Notes under the pieces: generated by a model
Databases searched by the model: none
The model's input: only the letters and a program-made list of their open reading frames with translations
What the model was told of the DNA's origin: nothing
Position numbers and translations under genes: made by a program
Assembly (NCBI GenBank): GCA_041082215.1
Contig: JBDOIF010000118.1
Span: 1 to 64,000, forward strand
Source of the DNA: Anaerolineae bacterium
Lineage (GTDB): Bacteria; Chloroflexota; Anaerolineae; B4-G1; DUEL01
DNA length: 64,000 nt
Direction of reading: 5' to 3'
Part shown: in pieces, positions 8,940 through 17,424 of the stretch
How positions within the stretch are numbered: position 1 is the first letter of the stretch
Layout: each line of letters begins with the position of its first letter

Positions 8940-11900
8940 TCACCTTGTACCCAAGACGGCGTGCAGGGCATCGCACGCAGGGCAGGAGCCGCCAGGCCGG
9001 ACGATGGCATAGCCGTCCTGTGGGTCGTACCCGTAACGGACGAAGTCTATATTCCAGACGATGATGCAGCGCACCATTCCGGTGTTGATGCTGAGCTGGA
9101 CCGCCTCGGCCAGCCATGCGGCCTGCTCGCTGTTATCGTTCTCCCGCGCCCAGGCAAACATGTCGGAGAAGGTGGGCACTCCCTCCTGGGAGGCATACCC
9201 CATCTCGGTGTAGAAGAGCTGGCGGGTGCCGCGGAAGATGTTGTAGTACAGCTCGGTCTGGGGCAGGAAGTACCAGGAGTGGTGGTGGCCGCCGGCGTCG
9301 GCGGGGTGGCCGCTGCGGGCCGAGGGGGAGGTAGCGCCGGAGTTGTGGTGTGCGCCGATATAGTCCATACACTGGGCAGCGCCAGCGTTATACATCCCCT
9401 CCATCCAGGGCTTATCGTCGCAGCCGTTGGGGCTGCAGCCGCCGAAGTAGCCGGTAGGGGCTGGCGCTGCGCTGATGACCAGCGTGTTGGGGTTGGCTGC
9501 CTTGATCGCGCTGTAGGCGGTACAGAGAAGCCGGGTATAAGCGGCCGGATCAATGCGGCCGATCTGCCACTCCCGGTCTATGTTCGGCTCGTTCCATACC
9601 TCGATAGCGTCTGCTCCAGAAGCAGCCAGGCTGGCTACCCAGCTGGCGAAGTTCTGCTCAAAGCCCGCCTGTGTCACCATCGAAGGGCTGCCCAGCGCGC
9701 TGAGCTGAATCTTGAACCCCCGCGCGTGGGCGGCCTGGATGATGCCAGCAGCGTTCTCGGCATAGTGGACCTGGACTTTGGCCCAGTTCATACCGGCGTA
9801 GTGCATCAGATTAGCGTAAGGGAAGTTCAGGTCCCGCACATGCCCACCCAGCTCAAAGGAGCCCCGGGCGCCAGGGGCCGGAGCAGGCGGCGCAGCGGCC
9901 ACATTGCCGGCCCGGATCACCACGGTGACCTTGCCGCCGGGGATCTCCGCTCCTCCGGCCTTCAGCACCCACATGCCGGTGAAGTTGCCCGATTCAGCCG
10001 GTGCCACCAGATTCACGCTGATCTCCACCGACTGACCAGCCTTCACCGCGCCTACCTGCACGGAGTCGGGCCCGCCCATCTTCGACCCGCTGACAAAGGC
10101 CAGGACGGTCCCCTCAGGCCAGTCGCAGGTGCCGTTGTTGCGCAGCCGCCAGGTTTTGACAAACGACTCTCCATTATCGAAGTGGGTGCCATCCGGGACC
10201 GTCACATCCGCCTCGAAGGCAGCCGAGAGGCAGGCCGCGGCTCCTCCGCCGCCGATGCCAGCCGTTCCGGCGGTCGGCCCTGGGGTGGGGGTGGGGGTCG
10301 GCTGGGCCACTGTCAGCCGGACAGACCCCCGGCTCAGCCCTGCAACGGCCGCCGAAACGGTGTACTCCCCTGGTTCGGAGGGGGCGACCCAGCGGAAATC
10401 GGGCTGGCTCAGGGAGACCACCTGCTGCTCGGCCGATGCTCCCGGCCCCTCCACACTCCAGGTTACCTCCAGTTCGGTCGGCTGGGTGAGGTCGGCGGCC
10501 GCGCGGTAGCCCCGAACCGCGTCCAGCATGCCGGGCATGTTCCCCTCGGCGGTCAGGTCGCTCACCACCACCCCACCCAGGTGGTAGCGGAGCACCCAAT
10601 CCAGCCTCCGGGCCAGCAGGGAGGGGGTCCCCAGCCAGACGGTATGGTCGGCCCCATCGCCCGCCTTATAGTTGATGGCGTAAGTGCCGGCTGCCTCTTC
10701 CCGCACAATACTGGTGACCTGACCCGCCAGCGTGAAGACCACCTCCTGGCCAGGCTCCAGCGACGTCTCCCCAGGGGGCTGGATCTGCCCGAAGGGGGCC
10801 AGCGCCTCTTCCAGACCCACATAGCGGACCCCATCCGGCCCTTTATCCAGGCTGAGGGAGGGGACGAGGGCGCGGAGCCTGTACCGGTTGACCTGGCCGA
10901 CGGCCCAGGTGAGGAGGGAGGCCGTCTCCCCGCCCTCGACATAGGCGGTGGGGTCGTCGGGGAGGGGGAACAGCAGGGCATCGGCCGCCACGCCCAGCGC
11001 GGCCCAGTCGTATCCTCCGGTATCCCAGCCCGCCTCGGTGCGCACAGGGGACGGCACAACTACCTCCAGCCGGACCCCCTGCTGGTGCAGCGCCTCGGCC
11101 AGTGCGGCGACGAAAGTGGAGAAGGCTTCCCGCTGCTCCGGGAGCACGCCCCTGTAATCGAGCGCCACCCCGGCATAGTCCCCAGCCGCGGCGACGATGT
11201 TCCCGATATGGGCTTCCTGAACCTGGGGGACGCCGAGCACATCGGCCAGCAACGCCTCATTCAGGGGCTGGTCAGCCTGCCAGTTGCGGATGAGAAGGAC
11301 CGGCTCCGGAGAGCCTGTCCCCACCACTGGCGCGTTCCCCAGGAGCATCCCGTCGGTGCCCAGGTAGAGGTCCGGGAGGAGGGCTTCGGTAAGGAGCTCC
11401 GCCGCCTCCCCCTGTGGGGGCTGATCGGCCACAGCCCCGACGGATGGAACGACGGGAACGGTCTGCATCACCACTACCGACGAAGGGAGGTGGTCAACCC
11501 GCGCCACCAGCATCTCTCGCCCGACGTCCAGCGTCCCACCGACCCACTCCCAGCTCGTGCCGGTCCAGGTATACAGGTCCAGCGTCTCCCACGGCTCGGC
11601 GTCGTTGGGGATGACCACCTCCAGGGTGGCCGGCCCGTCGGAGCGGGAGCGGACGTGGATCTGGTAGTAAGGGCTTTTGACCTGAAGGACCTGTGGCAGC
11701 GCCTCCACCGCCGTCCGGAGTCCCGCTCCGGCCACGCCCTCCAGGAAGTCCACCATTGGAACCGAATCCAGCCTCACGCGCAGGCTGCTGGCCGCTTCGG
11801 GGTCAACGCGGACGGTGATCCCGTCCGGGTGGCTGACGGAGGGGTTATCGGCGTTGAGGCGGGTGTATCCCACCAGGCCCAGCCGCTGCGGCAGGGAGAT

Positions 11901-12077
11901 GGGGGGCAGGAGCAGGGCGACGACGACGAACACGGCGATGAGGCCATAGACCCAGCCGCCGCCCGACAGCCCTTCACGCAGTCGCTCCCGGACGGGGCCG
12001 AAGGTCGCCGCCAGCCGTTGACGGAAAGGCGATCGGGGCTTTTCCACCCCTTCGATCCCGGTGTTGCCTTCTTCCAT
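8940..12077 (-). CDS. Multidomain membrane-anchored protein: GH18-like domain, NBR1-Ig-like domain and GH-A hydrolase
   Basis: YAGVALDY...LGGVVV (GH18-like), DVTVPDGT...FVKTWRLRNNGTCDW (NBR1/FW Ig-like), IEVWNEPN and YTEMGY. Confidence 0.8.
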   Translation of the reverse strand: MEEGNTGIEGVEKPRSPFRQRLAATFGPVRERLREGLSGGGWVYGLIAVFVVVALLLPPISLPQRLGLVGYTRLNADNPSVSHPDGITVRVDPEAASSLRVRLDSVPMVDFLEGVAGAGLRTAVEALPQVLQVKSPYYQIHVRSRSDGPATLEVVIPNDAEPWETLDLYTWTGTSWEWVGGTLDVGREMLVARVDHLPSSVVVMQTVPVVPSVGAVADQPPQGEAAELLTEALLPDLYLGTDGMLLGNAPVVGTGSPEPVLLIRNWQADQPLNEALLADVLGVPQVQEAHIGNIVAAAGDYAGVALDYRGVLPEQREAFSTFVAALAEALHQQGVRLEVVVPSPVRTEAGWDTGGYDWAALGVAADALLFPLPDDPTAYVEGGETASLLTWAVGQVNRYRLRALVPSLSLDKGPDGVRYVGLEEALAPFGQIQPPGETSLEPGQEVVFTLAGQVTSIVREEAAGTYAINYKAGDGADHTVWLGTPSLLARRLDWVLRYHLGGVVVSDLTAEGNMPGMLDAVRGYRAAADLTQPTELEVTWSVEGPGASAEQQVVSLSQPDFRWVAPSEPGEYTVSAAVAGLSRGSVRLTVAQPTPTPTPGPTAGTAGIGGGGAAACLSAAFEADVTVPDGTHFDNGESFVKTWRLRNNGTCDWPEGTVLAFVSGSKMGGPDSVQVGAVKAGQSVEISVNLVAPAESGNFTGMWVLKAGGAEIPGGKVTVVIRAGNVAAAPPAPAPGARGSFELGGHVRDLNFPYANLMHYAGMNWAKVQVHYAENAAGIIQAAHARGFKIQLSALGSPSMVTQAGFEQNFASWVASLAASGADAIEVWNEPNIDREWQIGRIDPAAYTRLLCTAYSAIKAANPNTLVISAAPAPTGYFGGCSPNGCDDKPWMEGMYNAGAAQCMDYIGAHHNSGATSPSARSGHPADAGGHHHSWYFLPQTELYYNIFRGTRQLFYTEMGYASQEGVPTFSDMFAWARENDNSEQAAWLAEAVQLSINTGMVRCIIVWNIDFVRYGYDPQDGYAIVRPGGSCPACDALHAVLGTR

Positions 12078-12258
12078 AATGCGACCTCCACCTCAGATTG
12101 GGGATCACATCCCACCAGCAACAAAATACGGCCCGAAGGCCGCCTGAAAGCGCCTTCCTCACCCGGAGAACACAGGGGACGGGAAAGCGGAGGGTATTCT
12201 GTACATTCAATGGGGTCTATTTTAGCACAAGGGGAAAGATATGGCAACCCGGAGCTGC

Positions 12259-12407
12259 TGAGGTTCGGACGCGAGTTCGGACACAGGCGCTCATCGGCCG
12301 CTTATGACCCCACCCCATCCCCCTCACCCCACCCCCTGGCCCCCTCCCGGTAGGGGGAAGGGTGAGGGATGCTCTCCCAGCCTGTCCGAACTCTTGTCCG
12401 AACCCCA
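12259..12407. mobile_element. MITE family 3 (TG...CA ends)
   Basis: TIRs TGAGGTTCGGACGCGAGTTCGGACA and reverse complement TGGGGTTCGGACAAGAGTTCGGACA; flanking direct repeat CGGAGCTG at 12250-12257 and 12408-12415. Confidence 0.7.
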
Positions 12408-12517
12408 CGGAGCTGGAATTGCCTCAGCTCCTGGTGTCTTCGTGCCTTTGTGGTGATTTTCTAAACACCCTCAGCAGGGAGGGGAAGGGGGCAGAGAGGT
12501 AGGGGCGAGGTCGTAGC

Positions 12518-13522
12518 TCACCGGGGAAAGGCCCGGAGCACCCGAAGCGCCCGCAGGGTGACCCATTTGCTCGGCTTTCCCTTTTCCTCCACGTCGGCCC
12601 ACATCTTGCCGTTGTAGCTGTATTCCATCTTCCACCGGCCCCTCTCGTCCTGCCTGGAGAGCACCAGCTCAACGGCCGCCTTCAGCCGGGGGTCGGCCCC
12701 GCAGCCGGCCTCCACCAGCGCCTCCAGGTTGAGCAGCACGTCGGTGACGTAACCCAGAGGGTAACCGAACCTGAACCAGCTTGAGCTGATCCGCTCGCGG
12801 TAGGGATAATCAGCCCTGGCTACGTCGTAGCGGAGGAGAAATTCGACGGCAACCTCAACGGCTGTCTCCACGGCAGGGGTTCGAAGCGCTGGCGGCACGC
12901 GGTTCAGCGCCCACAGCACCCGCACCGCGCCCCACCCGCAGGGCAGCCCGTAGTTGGCAGCACAGACGAAGCCAGGGGCCTGGATGCCGGAGCGGCAGTA
13001 CCACCGGTAGCCGTCGCCGGTAACGGAGCGGGCCAGCCCTTCGACCGATCGGGCCAGCCGCTCGTCGCCCGCATAACCCAGCTCCAGCAGCGCCCGCACC
13101 ACATTGCCCCAGAGGCAGTGGATCGCACCACTGGGCCGGCCGTTAGCGGAGAAGGCCGAGCTCTCCGCCTGGGCGTGGGCAAAGACGTGCTCCACCCCCC
13201 GGCGGACCCGCTCGTCCCGTCCATCGGCCCCCAGTTGCGCCAGAAAGAGGACCTGCCACAGGGTGGCCCGGTACTTGGGTGAATAGCCGGGGCCGGGCTT
13301 GACCCAGTAGCCCTGAGGGTACTGGGCATCCAGGATCAGAGGGACCGGTCCGCTGCGCATCACGGCGGCCCGGGCAGCGACCACCTCCGGATCGTCGGCG
13401 GGCCGGTCCAGCAGGTCGCGCAGGGCGAAGTACCGCACGCCGGGATTGGCCGCATCCTCCTCCAGAAGCCATGGGAGGGGATCGGCCCGAAGGCCCGGGT
13501 GAATCAACTCAGGTCTGTTCAT
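12518..13522 (-). CDS. Prenyltransferase/squalene-cyclase-like alpha-barrel protein of unknown function
   Basis: QW-type motifs (AQYPQGYW, RQDERGRW), GKPSKWVTLRAL C-terminus. Confidence 0.65.
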   Translation of the reverse strand: MNRPELIHPGLRADPLPWLLEEDAANPGVRYFALRDLLDRPADDPEVVAARAAVMRSGPVPLILDAQYPQGYWVKPGPGYSPKYRATLWQVLFLAQLGADGRDERVRRGVEHVFAHAQAESSAFSANGRPSGAIHCLWGNVVRALLELGYAGDERLARSVEGLARSVTGDGYRWYCRSGIQAPGFVCAANYGLPCGWGAVRVLWALNRVPPALRTPAVETAVEVAVEFLLRYDVARADYPYRERISSSWFRFGYPLGYVTDVLLNLEALVEAGCGADPRLKAAVELVLSRQDERGRWKMEYSYNGKMWADVEEKGKPSKWVTLRALRVLRAFPR

Positions 13523-14330
13523 CTATTCCTCCCCTCGCGCCGGAAAGGGTCACATCTCCCGCCAGCAGCCGGTGGAGGCGGCTGTCGGACGTGCGCAGGA
13601 GCAGGGCGCCCCCCTCATCCACCGACTCCGCCAGCCCCACAAGCACCTCATCACCGGTATGGACCTCTACGAACTGGCCGATGGTCGTCAGGCGGGCAGC
13701 CCATTCGGGATGGGGGCTTTCCCCTGCCCGCAGCCGCCCGTAGCGGGCCTCCACCCCGGCCAGAATCGCCGCCAGCAACGTTGCCCGGTCCACCGCCCGG
13801 CCCGTCTCCGCCAGGATGCTGGTAGCCTGGGGGGCGAGGGATGGAAGCCGCTCCGGTTCCACGTTCACGTTGATCCCGATACCGACCACAGCGAAGGCCG
13901 CCTGCTCCCCTATCACACCTGTCTCCGTAAGCACTCCGGCCAGCTTTCGCCAGCCAGCCCGCGAAGCCACGACCAGGTCGTTGGGCCACTTCAGCCCTAC
14001 TTCCAGCCCGGCGACCATTTCCACCGCATCCGCCGTCGCCAGGGAGCAGAGCATCGTCAACTGCGGGACGGCAGAAAGCGGCAGGTCGGGGCAGAAGAGG
14101 ATGGAGAAAAGGAGGCAGGTGGACGGGGGGGCCACCCAGCGGCGGCCCAGCCGCCCTCGTCCGGCGGTCTGCTCGTCGGCCACCACGACCGTGCCCTCCG
14201 GGGCCCCCTGCCCGGCCAGCTCCTTCGCCACGTCGTTGGTGGAGCCGGTCCGTGAAAGCACCACCAGGTTTCGCCCGAACAGCCGGGTGGTCAGCGCCGC
14301 CTCGATCTCAGAACGGGTGATCCGGCCCAT
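13509..14330 (-). CDS. birA: Biotin--[acetyl-CoA-carboxylase] ligase (no HTH domain)
   Basis: GSTND, QTAGRGRLGR, KWPND, KLAGVL, GIGINV motifs; the longer ORF start lies inside MITE copy B. Confidence 0.93.
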   Translation of the reverse strand: MGRITRSEIEAALTTRLFGRNLVVLSRTGSTNDVAKELAGQGAPEGTVVVADEQTAGRGRLGRRWVAPPSTCLLFSILFCPDLPLSAVPQLTMLCSLATADAVEMVAGLEVGLKWPNDLVVASRAGWRKLAGVLTETGVIGEQAAFAVVGIGINVNVEPERLPSLAPQATSILAETGRAVDRATLLAAILAGVEARYGRLRAGESPHPEWAARLTTIGQFVEVHTGDEVLVGLAESVDEGGALLLRTSDSRLHRLLAGDVTLSGARGGIDEQT

Positions 14331-14389
14331 GCTCCCCTCTGAGGATTCTACCACCCTCAAGCTCCCTGCACAATCGCCCTCGAGCCGCC

Positions 14390-14581
14390 GGGCGTACTTC
14401 AATTTCGGGGCGAGTGGCCCTCTCCCGCGCCAGTGGATTGCGAATCCCACGAATGGCCCGAATACCGCGAACAGGAGGGATCCCTGCCCCATTCGCGATA
14501 TTCGTTCCCATTCGCGTCATTCGTGTTTGCCCAGGTCCGGCCCGGGCCAGGGACATCTCGCCCCCAAACTGAAATACACCT
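14390..14581. mobile_element. MITE family 1, copy B
   Basis: ~25 bp TIRs GGGCGTACTTCAATTTCGGGGCGAG / CTCGCCCCCAAACTGAAATACACCT; flanks GAGCCGCC / GAGCCGCT. Confidence 0.85.
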
Positions 14582-14596
14582 GAGCCGCTCTGGTAA

Positions 14597-14625
14597 TTGC
14601 CCCCTCAGGAAATTCGGTGTACAAT
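14597..14625 (+). promoter_or_regulatory. Sigma70-like promoter for the HIT-thiolase-hbd genes
   Basis: TTGCCC-17 bp-TACAAT. Confidence 0.55.
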
Positions 14626-14633
14626 CAGGGGCG

Positions 14634-15128
14634 ATGGACTATCTATGGACCCCCTGGCGAATGGCGTATCTTCGAGGCGACGAACCCTTGCCGGAAGAGT
14701 GCCTGTTCTGTCTCAAACCCCGGTCGGAGGATGCGGAGGCCCATATCCTCCATCGGGGTCGGCTTTGTTATGTTATCCTCAATCGGTTCCCCTACAATAA
14801 CGGCCACCTGATGGTGGTCCCCTACGCCCATGCCGCCAGCCTTGAGGACCTGGACCCCGCGACGCTTTCCGAAATGATGGAGCTGACGCAGCTCAGCCTG
14901 CGGGTGCTCCGGTCGGCCTACAGCCCCCAGGGTTTCAACATAGGGCTGAACATCGGCGGTGTGGCCGGAGCAGGGGTGGCCGACCACGTCCATCTCCACG
15001 TCGTCCCCCGGTGGGGAGGGGACACCAATTATCTGACCGTTGTAGGGGAAACGCGGACGATCCCGGAGTGGCTGGACCAGACCTATCAGCGGCTGCGGCC
15101 GCTATTTGAGCAACTAAGCAACCAGTAA
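14634..15128 (+). CDS. HIT family hydrolase (Ap4A phosphorylase-like)
   Basis: LWTPWRMAY start, CLFC, NRFPYNNGHLM, HVHLHVVPRW histidine triad. Confidence 0.9.
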   Translation: MDYLWTPWRMAYLRGDEPLPEECLFCLKPRSEDAEAHILHRGRLCYVILNRFPYNNGHLMVVPYAHAASLEDLDPATLSEMMELTQLSLRVLRSAYSPQGFNIGLNIGGVAGAGVADHVHLHVVPRWGGDTNYLTVVGETRTIPEWLDQTYQRLRPLFEQLSNQ

Positions 15129-15164
15129 CCAGCAACCAGCAACCATTCACAGGAGGAGATACTT

Positions 15165-16361
15165 ATGTCCACCCATCCTCGCGAGGCTGTCATTGTCTCG
15201 GCAGTGCGCACGCCCATCGGCAAATTCGACGGCACCCTGGCCCCCCTTTCTGCCTCCGATCTGGGTGCTGTGGCGATCCGGGCTGCGGTAGAACGGGCCG
15301 GGATCGCCCCCACCTCCGTGGACGAAGTGCTGATGGGGAACGTGGTCCAGGCCGGCCAGGGGCAGGCTCCGGCGCGGCAGGCAGCGATCAAGGCGGGGCT
15401 TCCCCCCACCGTTGGCGCCACCACCGTCAACAAGATCTGCGGCTCCGGCCTGAAGACGATCATGCTGGCTGCGGCCATGATCGCCGCTGGCGACGGCGAC
15501 ATCTTCGTCGCCGGGGGTATGGAAAGCATGAACAACGGCCCCTACCTTCTCCACCAGGCCCGCTTCGGCTATCGGCTGGGGGACAGCAAGCTGATAGACG
15601 CGATGGTCTATGACGGGCTGTGGTGTCCTTTCCAGAACTGGCATATGGGGAACGCCGCCGAATGGATCGCCCGCGAGTACGGGCTGACACGGGAAGAGCT
15701 GGACGAGTATGCCTACAACAGCCATATGAAGGCCATCGCCGCCATTGACGAGGGCCGGTTCAAGGAGGAGATTGTGCCGGTGGAAATCCCCCAGCGCAAG
15801 GGCCCGCCGATCCTGTTCGACACCGACGAGGTGCCGCGGCGGGACACCAGCCTGGAGGCGCTGGCGCGGCTGAAGCCGGCGTTCCAGGCCGACGGCATTG
15901 TCACCGCCGGCAACTCCCCTGGCATCACCGACGGGGCAGCCGCTGTGGTGGTGATGAGCCGGGCGAAGGCAGAAGTGCTGGGCATCCGGCCACTGGCCCG
16001 CATCCTGGCCTACGACCAGGCGGCGGTGGAGCCGCTGAAAATCTTCACCGCTCCCATCTTCGCCGTGCGGAAGCTCTGGGCCAAGACCGGCACCACGGTG
16101 GACGACTACGACCTCTACGAGGTCAATGAGGCCTTCGCCGCCCAGGTCCTGGCCGATGGACGGGACCTGAACCTGCCGTGGGAGCGGGTCAACGTCAACG
16201 GCGGGGCGATCGCCCTGGGCCACCCCATCGGCTGCTCCGGCGCCCGCATCCTGGTCACGCTGATCTATGCCCTTCGTCAGCGGGGGCTTAAGCGCGGCCT
16301 GGCCACCCTCTGCCTGGGCGGTGGAGAGGCGGTGGCGATGGCGATTGAGCTGGAGGAGTAA
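15165..16361 (+). CDS. Acetyl-CoA C-acetyltransferase (thiolase)
   Basis: NKICGSG, NEAF, GHPIG, CLGGG motifs. Confidence 0.95.
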   Translation: MSTHPREAVIVSAVRTPIGKFDGTLAPLSASDLGAVAIRAAVERAGIAPTSVDEVLMGNVVQAGQGQAPARQAAIKAGLPPTVGATTVNKICGSGLKTIMLAAAMIAAGDGDIFVAGGMESMNNGPYLLHQARFGYRLGDSKLIDAMVYDGLWCPFQNWHMGNAAEWIAREYGLTREELDEYAYNSHMKAIAAIDEGRFKEEIVPVEIPQRKGPPILFDTDEVPRRDTSLEALARLKPAFQADGIVTAGNSPGITDGAAAVVVMSRAKAEVLGIRPLARILAYDQAAVEPLKIFTAPIFAVRKLWAKTGTTVDDYDLYEVNEAFAAQVLADGRDLNLPWERVNVNGGAIALGHPIGCSGARILVTLIYALRQRGLKRGLATLCLGGGEAVAMAIELEE

Positions 16362-16415
16362 CGGAATACGCAATACACATTCGCATTTCGCACTCCGTGT
16401 TCCGCAGGAGGTCCA

Positions 16416-17264
16416 ATGGAGATCACGCATATCGCCGTTGTGGGCGCGGGGACGATGGGGCACGGGATCGCCCAGGTCTGTGCCACCTATGGCTACCGGG
16501 TCATGCTCATTGACGTCGTCCCGGAGCAGCTGGAACGAGCAGTAGAGGCGATCCGGGGGTCGGTTGAAAAGCTGCACAGCAAGGGCCGGCTGAGCGATGA
16601 GCAGCGGGAAGCAGCCCTTTCCAACATCACTACGGCCACCGAGCTGGAGGCCGCCTCCGGGGCCGACTTCGTGGTCGAGGCGGTGGTGGAACGGGTGGAG
16701 GTGAAACGGGAGGTCTTCTCCCGGCTGGACGAACTGACCCGGCCGGAGGTCATCCTGGCCAGCAACACCTCCTCCATCTCCATCACCGAACTGGGGGCCG
16801 CCACAAACCGGCCGGACCGGGTCGTCGGCATGCACTTTATGAATCCGGTCCCCCTGATGAAGCTGGTGGAGGTGATCCGGGGTCTGGCGACCTCCGATGA
16901 GACGACGGCCATGGTGGTTGATCTGGCCCGGCGACTGGACAAGACCCCCGTCGAGGCCAGAGACTTCCCCGGCTTCATCTCCAACCGCATCCTCTGCCCG
17001 ATGATCAACGAGGCCATCTACGCCCTGATGGAGGGGGTCGGCACCGTCGAGGCCATAGACACGGTGATGAAACTGGGGATGAACCACCCGATGGGCCCCC
17101 TGGAACTGGCCGACCTGATCGGGCTGGATGTGGTCCTCAACATTCTGGAAGTGCTCCACAAGGGGCTGGGGGACGACAAGTATCGGCCCTGTCCGCTGCT
17201 CAGGCAGATGGTGGCCGCCGGCTATCTGGGCAGGAAGACGGGGAGGGGGTTCTATACTTACTGA
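16416..17264 (+). CDS. hbd: 3-hydroxybutyryl-CoA dehydrogenase
   Basis: GAGTMGHG, SNTSS, GMHFMNP, HPMGPL, LGRKTGRGFY. Confidence 0.92.
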   Translation: MEITHIAVVGAGTMGHGIAQVCATYGYRVMLIDVVPEQLERAVEAIRGSVEKLHSKGRLSDEQREAALSNITTATELEAASGADFVVEAVVERVEVKREVFSRLDELTRPEVILASNTSSISITELGAATNRPDRVVGMHFMNPVPLMKLVEVIRGLATSDETTAMVVDLARRLDKTPVEARDFPGFISNRILCPMINEAIYALMEGVGTVEAIDTVMKLGMNHPMGPLELADLIGLDVVLNILEVLHKGLGDDKYRPCPLLRQMVAAGYLGRKTGRGFYTY

Positions 17265-17424
17265 ACTTAAGTTTAAGGAAGCCCTCACCCATCCCCGTGC
17301 CCGCCGCAGGCAGGCGGGGGTGGGGTAAGGGCCGGACAGATTGACAAACTGCAAGAGTTTGTCTTACAGAACAGCGGCGGTTGGTCGCCACATCTCACAC
17401 TGAAGACCAGCTTATGGAGGCAGC

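Noticed and set aside
8874..12353. 1159 aa plus-strand ORF and other long antisense ORFs (15147-17354, 21040-22926, 30860-32722, 34803-36701)
   Set aside because: Shadow frames of well-supported genes in high-GC DNA; no recognisable motifs
12243..12423. Longer GGCAA...TTGCC boundaries for MITE-3
   Set aside because: No flanking duplication at those ends, whereas the inner TG...CA boundaries have a CGGAGCTG direct repeat
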